Source: an uncultured bacterium (GTDB lineage Bacteria; Zhuqueibacterota; QNDG01; DTFT01). Taken from it: 64,000 bases of DNA. Below are positions 38,012-47,362 of this stretch, in pieces (position 1 is the first letter of the stretch; each line of letters opens with the position of its first letter). The stretch is from contig CAVTNR010000011.1 in assembly GCA_963736115.1 (NCBI GenBank), positions 24,792 to 88,791 of the forward strand, read 5' to 3'. The translations under genes and the position numbers were made by a program. The notes beneath the pieces are model-generated. The model did no database searches, was not told the origin of the DNA, and saw nothing but the letters and a program-made list of their open reading frames with translations.

Positions 38012-38719
38012 ATGAGAAAAAAGCTGATACTCGACATTCTGCCGCAACCCGACGACACCACCTGCGGGCCCACCAGTCTTCATGCGGTTTACCGGTACTT
38101 TGGCGAAGTGCTTCCCCTGGACCGTGTCATATCCGAAGTCCGGCCGCTTGAGGACGGCGGCACCATGGCGGTTTATCTCGCGCACCATGCCCTGGACCGC
38201 GGATACAAGGCCACCATCTACACGTACAATCTCCAGGTTTTCGATCCGACCTGGTTCGGCGCCGGAGACCGAGGTCTCCGCGAAAAACTGCTGCTTCAGG
38301 CGAGGCAGCATCCGCAGGACCGGGTCCGCGACGCCAGCCGGGCCTACCTGGATTTTCTGCAGAAGGGCGGACGGATCCGGTTCGAGGACGGCACGGCGCA
38401 GATCATCCGTAGGACGCTCAGCCGTTCCATCCCCATTCTCACCGGACTTCTCTCCACCTACCTGTATCAGTGCAGCCGCGAGACGTCGGAAGGACAGCTC
38501 CTGGTGCCGGACGATGTACGGGGCGAACCCACCGGCCATTTCGTCGTTCTGACCGGCTACGACCAGAAACTACGCAAAGTACAGATCGCCGATCCCTTGC
38601 GTCAGAATCCCTATTCCTCCGATCAGGCCTATGCCGTCGACCTGCAGCGCCTCATCGGGGCCATTCTGCTGGGAATCCTGACGTATGACGCCAACCTGCT
38701 GGTCATCGAGCCTCACTAA
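38012..38719 (+). CDS. papain-fold cysteine peptidase, C39-like
   Basis: Q-x5-C motif (PQPDDTTCGPTSL) and a downstream GHFVVLTGYD His/Asp. No signal peptide or ABC domain. The ORF is also open from 37982. Confidence 0.6.
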   Translation: MRKKLILDILPQPDDTTCGPTSLHAVYRYFGEVLPLDRVISEVRPLEDGGTMAVYLAHHALDRGYKATIYTYNLQVFDPTWFGAGDRGLREKLLLQARQHPQDRVRDASRAYLDFLQKGGRIRFEDGTAQIIRRTLSRSIPILTGLLSTYLYQCSRETSEGQLLVPDDVRGEPTGHFVVLTGYDQKLRKVQIADPLRQNPYSSDQAYAVDLQRLIGAILLGILTYDANLLVIEPH

Positions 38720-38743
38720 CCCGGAGCGCAATCCGACCGAAAT

Positions 38744-40216
38744 ATGCCGATCCTGATCGTCGTCACCTCGCCCAAAGAATGGCCGCTGAACATCCCCGGC
38801 GTCGAACTCGTCTCCGCCAAATCCTATCTGCTGGAGGAGCGCTACTGTGAAATGCGCGGCGCCAAGGTGTTCAATCTCTGCCGGTCCTACCGCTACCAGA
38901 GCCTCGGCTATTACGTCTCCCTGCTGGCCACGGCCCGCGGCCACAAGCCTCTGCCCAGCGTCATGACCATCCAGGACATGAAGTCCCAGCGGATCATCCG
39001 CCTCGTCTCGGATGAGCTGGACGATATCGATCCAGAAAAGCCTGGAGCCGCTCCAGACGCGGCGGTTCACGCTGAGCATCTACTTCGGCCGGAATCCTGG
39101 CAAGCCAATACGATCGTCTGGCTCGCACCTCTTCAATCTCTTTCCATGCTCCCCTGCTGCGGGCCGAGTTCGTGCTACAACAACAAATGGCAGGTGCAGA
39201 GCATCGACCCCATTTCCGGCCAGCGAGATCCCCCAGGAACAGCTTTGCCTTCGTGTCGAGGTGGCCTCTGAATACTTCTCCGGACGCCGGTCTCCGTCCC
39301 CAAACGCGCCCCCGCGCTACGACATGGCGATCCTGCACAATCCCGAGGAGAGGAACGGGCCCTCCGACCGAAGGCGATCCGAGAAATTCATCCAGGCGGC
39401 GGAGGCCCTCGGTATGGCCGCGGAGCTCGATCACCAAGGAGGACTACGGCCGTCTGCTGGAGTATCGATGCGCTCTTCATCCGGGAGACCACGTCGGTCA
39501 ACCACCACACCTACCGCTTCGCGCGCCGGGCCGCCGCCGAGGGGCTGGTGGTCATCGACGATCCGGAGTCGATCCTGCGCTGCTCAACAAGGTGTACCTG
39601 GCCGAACTGCTGGAGCACCACAAGATTCCGGCGCCCAAGACCCTCATCGTGCACCGGGACAACGTCGGACTCCGTCATCTCCGAACTCGGGCTTCCCGTG
39701 CATCCTCAAGCAGCCCGACAGCACCTTCTCGCAGGGCGTGATCAAGGTCGAGGACCGCGAACGATTCGACACGGAAGTGGAGCGCCTGCTCGACAAGTCG
39801 GACCTGGTCATCGCCCAGGAATTCATGCCCACGGAGTTCGACTGGCGCGTCGGCATCCTCGACCACAAGCCGCTCTACGTCTGCAAGTACTTCATGATGG
39901 GCCGTCACTGGCAGATCATCAAGCAGACCAGACCGGGCGCTTTCTCGAAGGACGCTGGAGACGATGCCGGTGGAGATCGCGCCCAAGACAGCTGATCCGG
40001 ACCGCGCTCAAGGCCGCCAACCTGATCGGCGACGGCCTCTATGGCGTGGATCTCAAGGAAATCGACGGCAATTTCACGGTGATCGAGGTCAACGACAATC
40101 CCACGATCGAGGCCGGCGTCGAGGACGACGTGCTCAAGGACGATCTCTACACGCGCATCATGGAGGTGTTCCTGCGCCGCATCGAGCGCCGGAAGGAAAG
40201 GAATTTCAGGGAATGA
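38744..40216 (+). pseudogene. RimK-family ATP-grasp amidoligase, disrupted by about 14 single-nucleotide frameshifts
   Basis: A continuous RimK-family sequence can be read only by hopping between frames. The segments are MPILIVVTSPKEW...LVSDELDD (f2), IQKSLEPLQTRRFTLSIYFGRN (f0), LASQYDRLAR (f1), HLFNLF (f0), HAPLLRAEFVLQQ (f1), KWQVQSIDPIS (f2), ASEIPQEQ...ALGMAAEL (f0), ITKEDYGRLLEY (f1), DALFIRETTSVNHHTYRFARRAAAEGLVVIDDPESILRCS (f2), NKVYLAELLEHHKIPAPKTLIVHRDNV (f1), DSVISELGLP (f2), CILKQPDSTFSQGV...HWQIIKQTRPGAF (f0), ETMPVEIAPKT (f1) and LIRTALKAANLIGDGLYGVDLKEIDG...ERRKERNFRE (f2). Confidence 0.8.
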
Positions 40217-41451
40217 GGCGGAAACCGCTCGGCCTTTTCAGCGGTTTCGGAGTCGAGCTCGAATACATGATTGTCCGCGGCCTTGATTGCTCTGTCTTCC
40301 CCGTCTCAGACCGTGTGCTCAGCCGATTCAATGGATCCCTGTCATCCGAAATCCGCCGGGGCCCGCTCGACTGGTCCAATGAACTGGTGCTGCATGTCAT
40401 CGAGCTGAAAACCAACGGTCCCGCGCGCCGACTTGAGGCACTGCCCGCCCTGTTCCAGTCCGACGTTTCGGCCATCAACGCCTTTCTGGAAACGGAAGGC
40501 GGCCGTCTGCTTCCGACGGCCATGCATCCCTGGATGGACCCGTCCCGTGAGACGCGGCTCTGGCCGCATGAATACAACGAAGTGTACGAATCCTACAACC
40601 GTATTTTCGGCTGCAGCGGGCATGGATGGGCCAATCTCCAGAGCATGCACTTGAATCTGCCCTTTGCGGACGACTCTGAATTCGGACGCCTGCATGCGGC
40701 CATCCGCCTGATCCTTCCGCTCCTGCCCGCTCTGGCGGCGAGTTCCCCGGTCGTCGAAGGCCGGCCCACGGGACTGCTCGACAGCCGGATCGAGTTTTAC
40801 AGAAAGAACCAGGCCCGCGTGCCGTCTCTCACGGGCTCCATCATCCCGGAGCCCGTCTACACGGAGGCGGATTACCGGGGCGAGATACTGGAACGTCTCT
40901 ACCGCGACATCGCCCCTCTGGATGAAACCCGCTGTCTTCAGCACGAATGGCTGAACTCGCGCGGCGCCATCGCCCGCTTCGAACGTCATGCGATCGAGAT
41001 CCGGCTGATCGACGTTCAGGAATGCCCGCTGGCCGACCTGACCGTGGCGGCCGCGGTGGTCGGCGCGCTACGGCTGCTGGATTCCGGGGAAGTCCCGGAC
41101 ACGGACCCGCGGCGGTCTTTTCCCACGGACGCGCTCTCGGACCTGCTGATGCGGACGATCCGGGACGGTGAAAGCGCGCCGGTTCCGGACGAAGCGTATC
41201 AGAAAGCGCTCGGGCTCCGTCCGGACGCGTCGGCAACAGCGGGCGCGATCTGGCGCCGGCTGGCGGAGCGCATGTCCGGAGATCTTCTCGATCCCGTCTG
41301 GCGCGGGCCGCTGAAGACGATCCTCGACCGGGGTCCGCTGGCCCGTCGGATGCTCCGCGTCCTGAACGATGACTTCTCCCGTGCCGGCCAGACGGCGCTC
41401 TGCAACAGGCTGGCGGACTGCCTCGCCGAAGGAAGGCTGCTGGATGCCTGA
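40213..41451 (+). CDS. carboxylate-amine ligase, glutamate-cysteine ligase family 2 (GCS2)-like
   Basis: ATG 40213 overlaps the upstream TGA. The N-terminus GFGVELEYMIV and a length of about 412 aa fit GCS2-type COOH-NH2 ligases. Confidence 0.65.
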   Translation: MRRKPLGLFSGFGVELEYMIVRGLDCSVFPVSDRVLSRFNGSLSSEIRRGPLDWSNELVLHVIELKTNGPARRLEALPALFQSDVSAINAFLETEGGRLLPTAMHPWMDPSRETRLWPHEYNEVYESYNRIFGCSGHGWANLQSMHLNLPFADDSEFGRLHAAIRLILPLLPALAASSPVVEGRPTGLLDSRIEFYRKNQARVPSLTGSIIPEPVYTEADYRGEILERLYRDIAPLDETRCLQHEWLNSRGAIARFERHAIEIRLIDVQECPLADLTVAAAVVGALRLLDSGEVPDTDPRRSFPTDALSDLLMRTIRDGESAPVPDEAYQKALGLRPDASATAGAIWRRLAERMSGDLLDPVWRGPLKTILDRGPLARRMLRVLNDDFSRAGQTALCNRLADCLAEGRLLDA

Positions 41452-42196
41452 CCGCCTGTCTCTCGTATTCACCTGCGAACACGCCTCTCCTTCGCTCCCG
41501 GCTTCATTCCGGAAAGAATTCCGCGCCCGGCTTGAACGGATGCCGCAACACCGCCTGTTTGACCGCGGAGCAGCCGCTCTGGCCGAACGTCTTTCCGTCC
41601 GTTTCCGTGCCCCCCTGCTCCGCTCCCGCTTTTCCCGTCTGCTCGTGGACCTCAACCGGTCCGTGGAAAACCGGGAACTGTTCTCGGAATTGTCGGCAAT
41701 ACTCCCCGATGAACGCAAAAAAGCCCTGCTCGCTCGGGTGTACCGCCCCTACCGCGACTCCGTCGAGAGACGCGTGGATCGTTTGATCCGCCGGGGAAAA
41801 GCGGTCATCCATGTTTCCGTTCACACATTCACCCCGGTCCTGAACGGCGCATACCGTAAAACGGAAATCGGCCTGCTTTTCGACCCTTCCCGTTCCTTCG
41901 AGAAACGGCTGTGTTTTTCATGGCGGCGGCGGTTGAAGGAGGAGTACCCCGGCCTGGCGGTTCATTTCAACCGGCCCTATCATGGCCGGTCGGACGGATT
42001 CACAAAGAGTCTGAGAGAAGGGCGGGCGGACAGCCGGTATGCGGGGATTGAAATCGAAGTGAATCAGATTTTTTTCGTTTCGGGGAGAGCCGTAGAGGGG
42101 CGCCGCATCCGGGGCGCAATCGTGCGGAGCCTCGCGGACGCGGTTTCGGATTTACCCGGCGCATCCGCGTCCGGTTCCATCCGAACGGAGCGTTAA
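41444..42196 (+). CDS. N-formylglutamate amidohydrolase (FGase) family protein
   Basis: LSLVFTCEHASPSLP...LVDLNRS...VHVSVHTFTP pattern of the FGase/HutG-like family. The start overlaps the GCS2-like gene by 8 nt. Confidence 0.6.
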   Translation: MPDRLSLVFTCEHASPSLPASFRKEFRARLERMPQHRLFDRGAAALAERLSVRFRAPLLRSRFSRLLVDLNRSVENRELFSELSAILPDERKKALLARVYRPYRDSVERRVDRLIRRGKAVIHVSVHTFTPVLNGAYRKTEIGLLFDPSRSFEKRLCFSWRRRLKEEYPGLAVHFNRPYHGRSDGFTKSLREGRADSRYAGIEIEVNQIFFVSGRAVEGRRIRGAIVRSLADAVSDLPGASASGSIRTER

Positions 42197-42219
42197 TCGG
42201 CCCGCGTAGGCTCCGTCTT

Positions 42220-43182
42220 TCATCCTTCCTTTTTCAGCCGATCCAGCAGCTTCCCCATGTCTTCAGGCAGCTCCGAATCAAAACGCATCTTCTCACCCGT
42301 GGCCGGATGCAGAAAACCCAGTGTTTTCGCGTGCAGGGCCTGACGCGTGATTCCTTCCAGCATTTCTTCCGCCAAACCGGTCGCGGCCCGGCTCAATCCC
42401 TTCGGGGTTCGTCCCCCGTATTCAGGATCTCCGAACACCGGGTGTCCGAGATGGGCCATGTGCACGCGAATCTGATGTGTACGGCCGGTTTCGAGATTGA
42501 GACTGACCGAACAAAGAAAGGAGAACCGTTCGAGTGTCCGGTAATGGGTGACGGCGCGTTTGCCGCGGGACGCGACCGCGATGCGCCGCCTGTCGCGGAC
42601 ACTCCTGTTCAGCAGGGTTTCCACAGTACCGGAGGGTATCGGAAGATTCCCCCAGAGGACGGCGCGGTATTCCCGCTCGACGCTCTTTTTTTCGAACTGG
42701 AGCGACAGCGCCGCATGGGTTGTTTCATCTTTGGCCACGACGAGCAGGCCCGATGTGCCCTTATCCAGCCGGTGCACGATACCGCTCCGCTCCGGTCCGG
42801 AGCCTCCCGCGAGATCGGATGTGTACCCGAGAAGGGCGTTCACCAGCGTGCCGGAGAAGTGCCCGCAGGCCGGATGAACCACCATGCCGGCGGGCTTGTT
42901 CACCACCATCAGATGGCCGTCCTCGTAGACAATGTCCAGCGGTATGGTTTCCGGCTGAAGGTCCTGGGGAGGGGGCTTGGGAACCGAAACCACAATGACA
43001 TCCGCGGGAAGGACGGGCCGGTTCGGTTTGGCCGCAAAGCCGTTCACCGTGACCCGGTTTTTCCGGATCAGTTTCTGAATTCGGCTCCTGGAGAGCTCGG
43101 GGATTTCCCGTGTGAGGTAGGAATCGAGCCGTTCCCGGGTTTTCCGGCCGGGGACGGTGATCTCGAAACGCCTTTCGGTCAT
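42220..43182 (-). CDS. rluD: 23S rRNA pseudouridine synthase, RluA/RluD family
   Basis: S4 domain (RLDSYLTREIPELSRSRIQKLI), plus HRLDKGTSGLLVVAK and the GRTHQIRVH motif. ATG 43182 overlaps the lspA stop. The 562-aa ORF in the track is a read-through artefact. Confidence 0.85.
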   Translation of the reverse strand: MTERRFEITVPGRKTRERLDSYLTREIPELSRSRIQKLIRKNRVTVNGFAAKPNRPVLPADVIVVSVPKPPPQDLQPETIPLDIVYEDGHLMVVNKPAGMVVHPACGHFSGTLVNALLGYTSDLAGGSGPERSGIVHRLDKGTSGLLVVAKDETTHAALSLQFEKKSVEREYRAVLWGNLPIPSGTVETLLNRSVRDRRRIAVASRGKRAVTHYRTLERFSFLCSVSLNLETGRTHQIRVHMAHLGHPVFGDPEYGGRTPKGLSRAATGLAEEMLEGITRQALHAKTLGFLHPATGEKMRFDSELPEDMGKLLDRLKKEG

Positions 43183-43685
43183 GGGGTGGGCGGAGGTTCC
43201 GCTCCGGCTTCGTCCCGCCTGCCGCGGCGCAGGGCCTTCTCGTCCCGGGCCATCAGCACAAACAGGATGCCTGCCCCGATCACTACTGCGGAGTCGGCCA
43301 CGTTGAACACGGGCCATCGAACGGATCGGATTCCGACGTCGATGAAATCCACCACGCTCCCGGCCGTGAGCCGGTCGATCAGATTGCCGGCCGCGCCGCC
43401 CAGGATGAGTCCCACTCCGGATCGGATCCAGGCGGATGCACGCCGGATTTTCCAGAAATAACAGGCGACCCCGACGCAGGCCGCGACCGAGAAGGCGTTG
43501 AACAGGGCCCCGTTGCCGATGTGAATGCCGAAGGCAATACCGTCGTTCCGCACGAAAGTCAGCCGGAGCACGTCCCCCAGGACAGGCACGGATTCCCCCG
43601 GCGTCATGGTTCGCGCGACCAGCCGTTTGGTCGCCTGATCGAGGAGCAGAACCCCGGCGGACAACAGAAGCGGCAGTCCCTTCAA
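43179..43685 (-). CDS. lspA: lipoprotein signal peptidase II
   Basis: LLLDQATKRLV...FVRNDGIAFG...NVADSAVVIGAGILF. Proposed TTG 43685 overlaps the upstream TGA, and the ORF is open to 43742. Confidence 0.8.
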   Translation of the reverse strand: MKGLPLLLSAGVLLLDQATKRLVARTMTPGESVPVLGDVLRLTFVRNDGIAFGIHIGNGALFNAFSVAACVGVACYFWKIRRASAWIRSGVGLILGGAAGNLIDRLTAGSVVDFIDVGIRSVRWPVFNVADSAVVIGAGILFVLMARDEKALRRGRRDEAGAEPPPTP

Positions 43686-44086
43686 ATGACCTCCTCTTCG
43701 GCTTCGGAGTCGGACGGCGTCTTTTCCTCGCTGGCTTTGCACTGGATGCAGAGCCGGGCGTGCGGAACGGCTTCCAGTCGCTCCTCGCTGATCGGCTTCT
43801 GGCAGGAATGGCAGAGTCCGTAGGTGCCGTTTTCCACCCGTTCGAGCGCCATGTCGATATGGTAGAGGAGCCGGCCGTCGCGCTGGGCATAGAAAAAGCT
43901 CTTCTCACGCTCCGCCGTATCGGTTCCCTGATCGGCCATGTGAAAGGAATAAGCAGAATGGTCGCCCGTGGCCTCCTTCAAGGTCGTTTGCATCTCGGAG
44001 TCCTTGATGAGGGTGAGCTGCTGCATGAGGTCCTTCCGCTTCTCGAGCAGGAGGTTCTTGAAAAAAGCCGTTCGTTTCGCATCCAT
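43682..44086 (-). CDS. DksA/TraR-family C4 zinc-finger protein
   Basis: CHSCQKPISEERLEAVPHARLCIQC four-Cys finger after a coiled-coil region. ATG 44086 is preceded by GGGAG. Confidence 0.75.
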   Translation of the reverse strand: MDAKRTAFFKNLLLEKRKDLMQQLTLIKDSEMQTTLKEATGDHSAYSFHMADQGTDTAEREKSFFYAQRDGRLLYHIDMALERVENGTYGLCHSCQKPISEERLEAVPHARLCIQCKASEEKTPSDSEAEEEVI

Positions 44087-44122
44087 GACCCTGACTCCCA
44101 AATGATGCGGGCGTTTACGGAA

Positions 44123-47100
44123 TCAGCCCGCCCTTTCAATGACAATGGTAACCGATTCCCCGTCCAGAGGGATTTCACGTCCGCTGCCGGCCTGACCGAC
44201 GCTGCGCGAAAAATGATCCGCCAGCAGTTCGTTCCGGATATAATCCGTGCGTGCTTCGAACATGGCGGACAGACGGTCGGACGAGACGTAGGACAGCCGG
44301 ACGCGGTCGGTCACCTTGAAACCGAGTTCCTTGCGCAGGTTCTGCGCATGATGAACGAATTCCCGGGTGATCCCCATTCCCGTCAGTTCGGGTGTCAGCC
44401 GTGTGTCGAGGCCGACGGTCATGACATCACCGGATTGGATGGCGTAATCTTCGGCCGGACGGTTCGTCAGCTCGACATCTTCCAGCGCGATCTCGCCACG
44501 GGTTCCGTCGGCAAGCGTCAGAGAGAGGCGGCCCGTCTTTTCCAACTCGGAGATTTCATTCGGGTCCAGTGAGCGGATACGCTCGGCTGCCGCATTGGAT
44601 TTCGGGCCGAATTTCGGGCCGAGTTTCCGGAAAACCGGACCGGCCTGGCGGCGCATGAGCGCGGACGGATCGCCGGTGACATCCAGACGCAGGACGTTCA
44701 CTTCCTCGAGGATGAGGTTCTCGAAGCGCGCCAGCGCCTCGGCGGCCGACGGGTCGGTCGCATGCACGACTGCGCGGGCCAGGGGCTGGCGGACGCGAAG
44801 TCCCGATTCGTTCCGCGCGGCTCGGCACAGGGTCACGGCTTCCTGGGCGGCCTTCATCTGAAGTTCCAGCGTTTCGTCCCGGTAACCGAATCCGGGCGCG
44901 GCCGGATCGGGGTATCCGGCGAGATGCACGCTCTCAAAAGGTTCGACCCGGCCCTGGTTCAGGTTCCGGTACATGTCCTCGACGAAAAACGGCGAAAACG
45001 GAGCGATCAGCTTGGCCAGGGCCAGCAGAGTTTCGTACAGGGTTTGATAGGCGGAACGCTTGTCGTCGTTCAACTCCGCCTTCCAGAAACGGCGACGGTT
45101 GCGACGCACATACCAGTTCGACAGGTCGTCAATGACGAAGTCCTGAATCGCCTTGGCGGCTTTGCAGGAATCGTAGCGTTCGAGAACCTGGCCGACGTCC
45201 CGGACGAGGGCGTTCCGCACGGAGAGCAGCCATCGGTCGATCTCGGGACGGGATTCGACGGGGATCGGGTCGTCTCCGGGCTCCCACCCGTCGATGTTGG
45301 CGTACATGACGAAGAAGCTGTAGGTATTGACCAGCGTCCCGAAAAATTTGCGCATGACCTCCTTGACGCCGTCCGCATCGAACCGCGTGGGAACCCATGG
45401 CGGACTCACGGTGAAGAGGTACCACCGCAGGGGATCTGCGCCCATCTCGTCCAGGATTCCGAACGGATCCACGGCATTGCCGCGCGTCTTCGACATTTTC
45501 TGGCCGTTCTTGTCGAGGATCAGCTCGATGGACACACAGTCGCGGTATGCCGACCGGTCCGAGATCAGGGTGCTGATGACGAGGAGTGAATAGAACCATC
45601 CGCGCGTCTGGTCGATCCCTTCCGCGATGAAATCAGCCGGAAAGTTCTTCTCGAAACGTCCGTCGGCCGCGAAGGGATGATGAAACTGGGCGTACGGCAT
45701 GGCCCCTGAATCAAACCAGCAGTCGATGACCTCGGGCGTCCGCCGCCGGGTGCCGTCGCAGTCCGGGCATGGAAAAGTCACTGCGTCGATGTAGGGCTTG
45801 TGCAGATCGGAAGGCTCGGCGCCGCCGGAAAGCGATTTCAGCTCGGCGCGGCTTTCGACCGCCTGAACCTTGCCGCAGGAATCGCAGATCCAGAGATTGA
45901 GCGGGGTACCCCAGTACCGGTCGCGAGAAAGGGCCCAGTCGATGTTGTTCTCGAGCCACTGCCCGAACCGGCCTTCCCCCACATCGCGCGGGAACCAGCG
46001 GATGCCGCGGTTGTTCTCGATGAGTCTGTCTTTGAACGCCGTCGTTCTCAGATACCAGGATTTCTTGGCATAGTAGAGCAGGGGCGAATCGCACCGCCAG
46101 CAGTGCGGGTATGCGTGCGTGAATTTCTCCTGCCGGTAGAAAAGGCCGCTCTGCTTGAGCGCGTCAATGAGGGCCTGTTCGACTTCAGGATCCTTGACGC
46201 CCTTTCCAGTCCACCGCGGCACGAGGTCGTTGAACAGGCCCTTTTCATCCACGGTGTGCTTCGCGGGCAGTCCGATGCGAAGACCGAGCTGGTAATCGTC
46301 CTCGCCGTACATAACCGCCGTGTGCACCACGCCGGTGCCGTCCTCGGTGTTCACGAAGTCCGCGGCCGCGACCCGGTAGGCCGGATGCGCCTCGTCTTCG
46401 AGGTTCACGTCGTCGAATAGCGGCTTGTAGCGCCAGCCGACCATCTCCGCGCCCTTGAGGCGCCTGAGGATGCGGGCTTCACCCTTCAGCATGGACAACC
46501 GGGCTTCCGCCAGGTAATAGATTTCCGGACCCGCGGGCGTGTCCTGTTCCGCTTCGACGTAATCGATGTCCTCTCCGACGGCCAGCGCCACGTTGCCGGG
46601 AAGGGTCCAGGGAGTCGTGGTCCAGGCCAGAACGAACCGGTTTTCGCCCTCGGTCAGGCGGAATTTGACGGTCACCGACCGTTCGGTCACATCGCGGTAG
46701 CCCAGGGAAGTTTCATGGCTGGATAAAGCCGTCTCGCACCTGGGGCAGTAGGTCAGGATTTTGAATCCCTGGTACAGGTGACCCTTCTTCCAGAACTGCG
46801 CCAGCAGCCACCAGACCGTCTCGATGTAATTGTTGTCATAGGTGATGTAGGGATGTTCGAGGTCCACCCAGAACCCGATCCGTCGCGTCAATTCGTTCCA
46901 CTCGCCCACATACCGGAAAACCGATTCACGGCATTTCTGGTTGAACCGGTCGACCCCGTACGCCTCGATCTGCTCCTTGTGCTGGAATCCGAGTTCTTTC
47001 TCCACCTCGATCTCGACCGGAAGGCCGTGGGTGTCCCAGCCCGCTTTCCGATGCACCCGGTAACCCTGCATCGTCCGGAGACGGCACACAAAATCCTTGA

Positions 47101-47311
47101 TGCTTCTGGAGATCACATGATGGATGCCGGGCCTTCCATTGGCCGTGGGCGGACCTTCGTAGAAAATGAACGGGCGGTCTTCCGGGCGCTCCTGGACCGA
47201 TTTTTCAAATATCCGGCGGCTGTCCCAGAAGGCGAGGATGTCCTTCTCCATCTTCGGGAAATCAATCGAACTGGGCACTTCACGGAACGGCAAGACGGGC
47301 TGTCCTTTCAT
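44123..47311 (-). CDS. ileS: isoleucyl-tRNA synthetase
   Basis: PPTANGRPGIHH (HIGH), KMSKTRGN (KMSKS), an editing-domain insertion, 1062 aa. Confidence 0.9.
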   Translation of the reverse strand: MKGQPVLPFREVPSSIDFPKMEKDILAFWDSRRIFEKSVQERPEDRPFIFYEGPPTANGRPGIHHVISRSIKDFVCRLRTMQGYRVHRKAGWDTHGLPVEIEVEKELGFQHKEQIEAYGVDRFNQKCRESVFRYVGEWNELTRRIGFWVDLEHPYITYDNNYIETVWWLLAQFWKKGHLYQGFKILTYCPRCETALSSHETSLGYRDVTERSVTVKFRLTEGENRFVLAWTTTPWTLPGNVALAVGEDIDYVEAEQDTPAGPEIYYLAEARLSMLKGEARILRRLKGAEMVGWRYKPLFDDVNLEDEAHPAYRVAAADFVNTEDGTGVVHTAVMYGEDDYQLGLRIGLPAKHTVDEKGLFNDLVPRWTGKGVKDPEVEQALIDALKQSGLFYRQEKFTHAYPHCWRCDSPLLYYAKKSWYLRTTAFKDRLIENNRGIRWFPRDVGEGRFGQWLENNIDWALSRDRYWGTPLNLWICDSCGKVQAVESRAELKSLSGGAEPSDLHKPYIDAVTFPCPDCDGTRRRTPEVIDCWFDSGAMPYAQFHHPFAADGRFEKNFPADFIAEGIDQTRGWFYSLLVISTLISDRSAYRDCVSIELILDKNGQKMSKTRGNAVDPFGILDEMGADPLRWYLFTVSPPWVPTRFDADGVKEVMRKFFGTLVNTYSFFVMYANIDGWEPGDDPIPVESRPEIDRWLLSVRNALVRDVGQVLERYDSCKAAKAIQDFVIDDLSNWYVRRNRRRFWKAELNDDKRSAYQTLYETLLALAKLIAPFSPFFVEDMYRNLNQGRVEPFESVHLAGYPDPAAPGFGYRDETLELQMKAAQEAVTLCRAARNESGLRVRQPLARAVVHATDPSAAEALARFENLILEEVNVLRLDVTGDPSALMRRQAGPVFRKLGPKFGPKSNAAAERIRSLDPNEISELEKTGRLSLTLADGTRGEIALEDVELTNRPAEDYAIQSGDVMTVGLDTRLTPELTGMGITREFVHHAQNLRKELGFKVTDRVRLSYVSSDRLSAMFEARTDYIRNELLADHFSRSVGQAGSGREIPLDGESVTIVIERAG

Positions 47312-47362
47312 GGTTTCGGGATCGGATGATCCGTTCCGGACCGGGTCCGGAAACGGGGTGAC

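Noticed and set aside
42220-43908. 562-aa ORF spanning rluD and lspA, and similar long N-terminal extensions (cdsA to 22269, dapB to 35658, dapA to 34843, wzx to 9642, the GCS2-like gene from 39964, the FGase-like gene from 41369, aroE from 62570).
   Set aside because: The extensions are Arg/Pro-rich and overlap the upstream gene's coding sequence. Internal ATG, GTG or TTG codons that overlap the upstream stop give N-termini matching the protein families.
47331-47356. GC hairpin (CCGTTCCGGA-CCGGG-TCCGGAAACGG) between mtnP and ileS, considered as a terminator or ileS attenuator.
   Set aside because: There is no U-run after it on the coding (minus) strand, no T-box-like features and no leader ORF. 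It could be a simple stability element, and the evidence is insufficient for a call.
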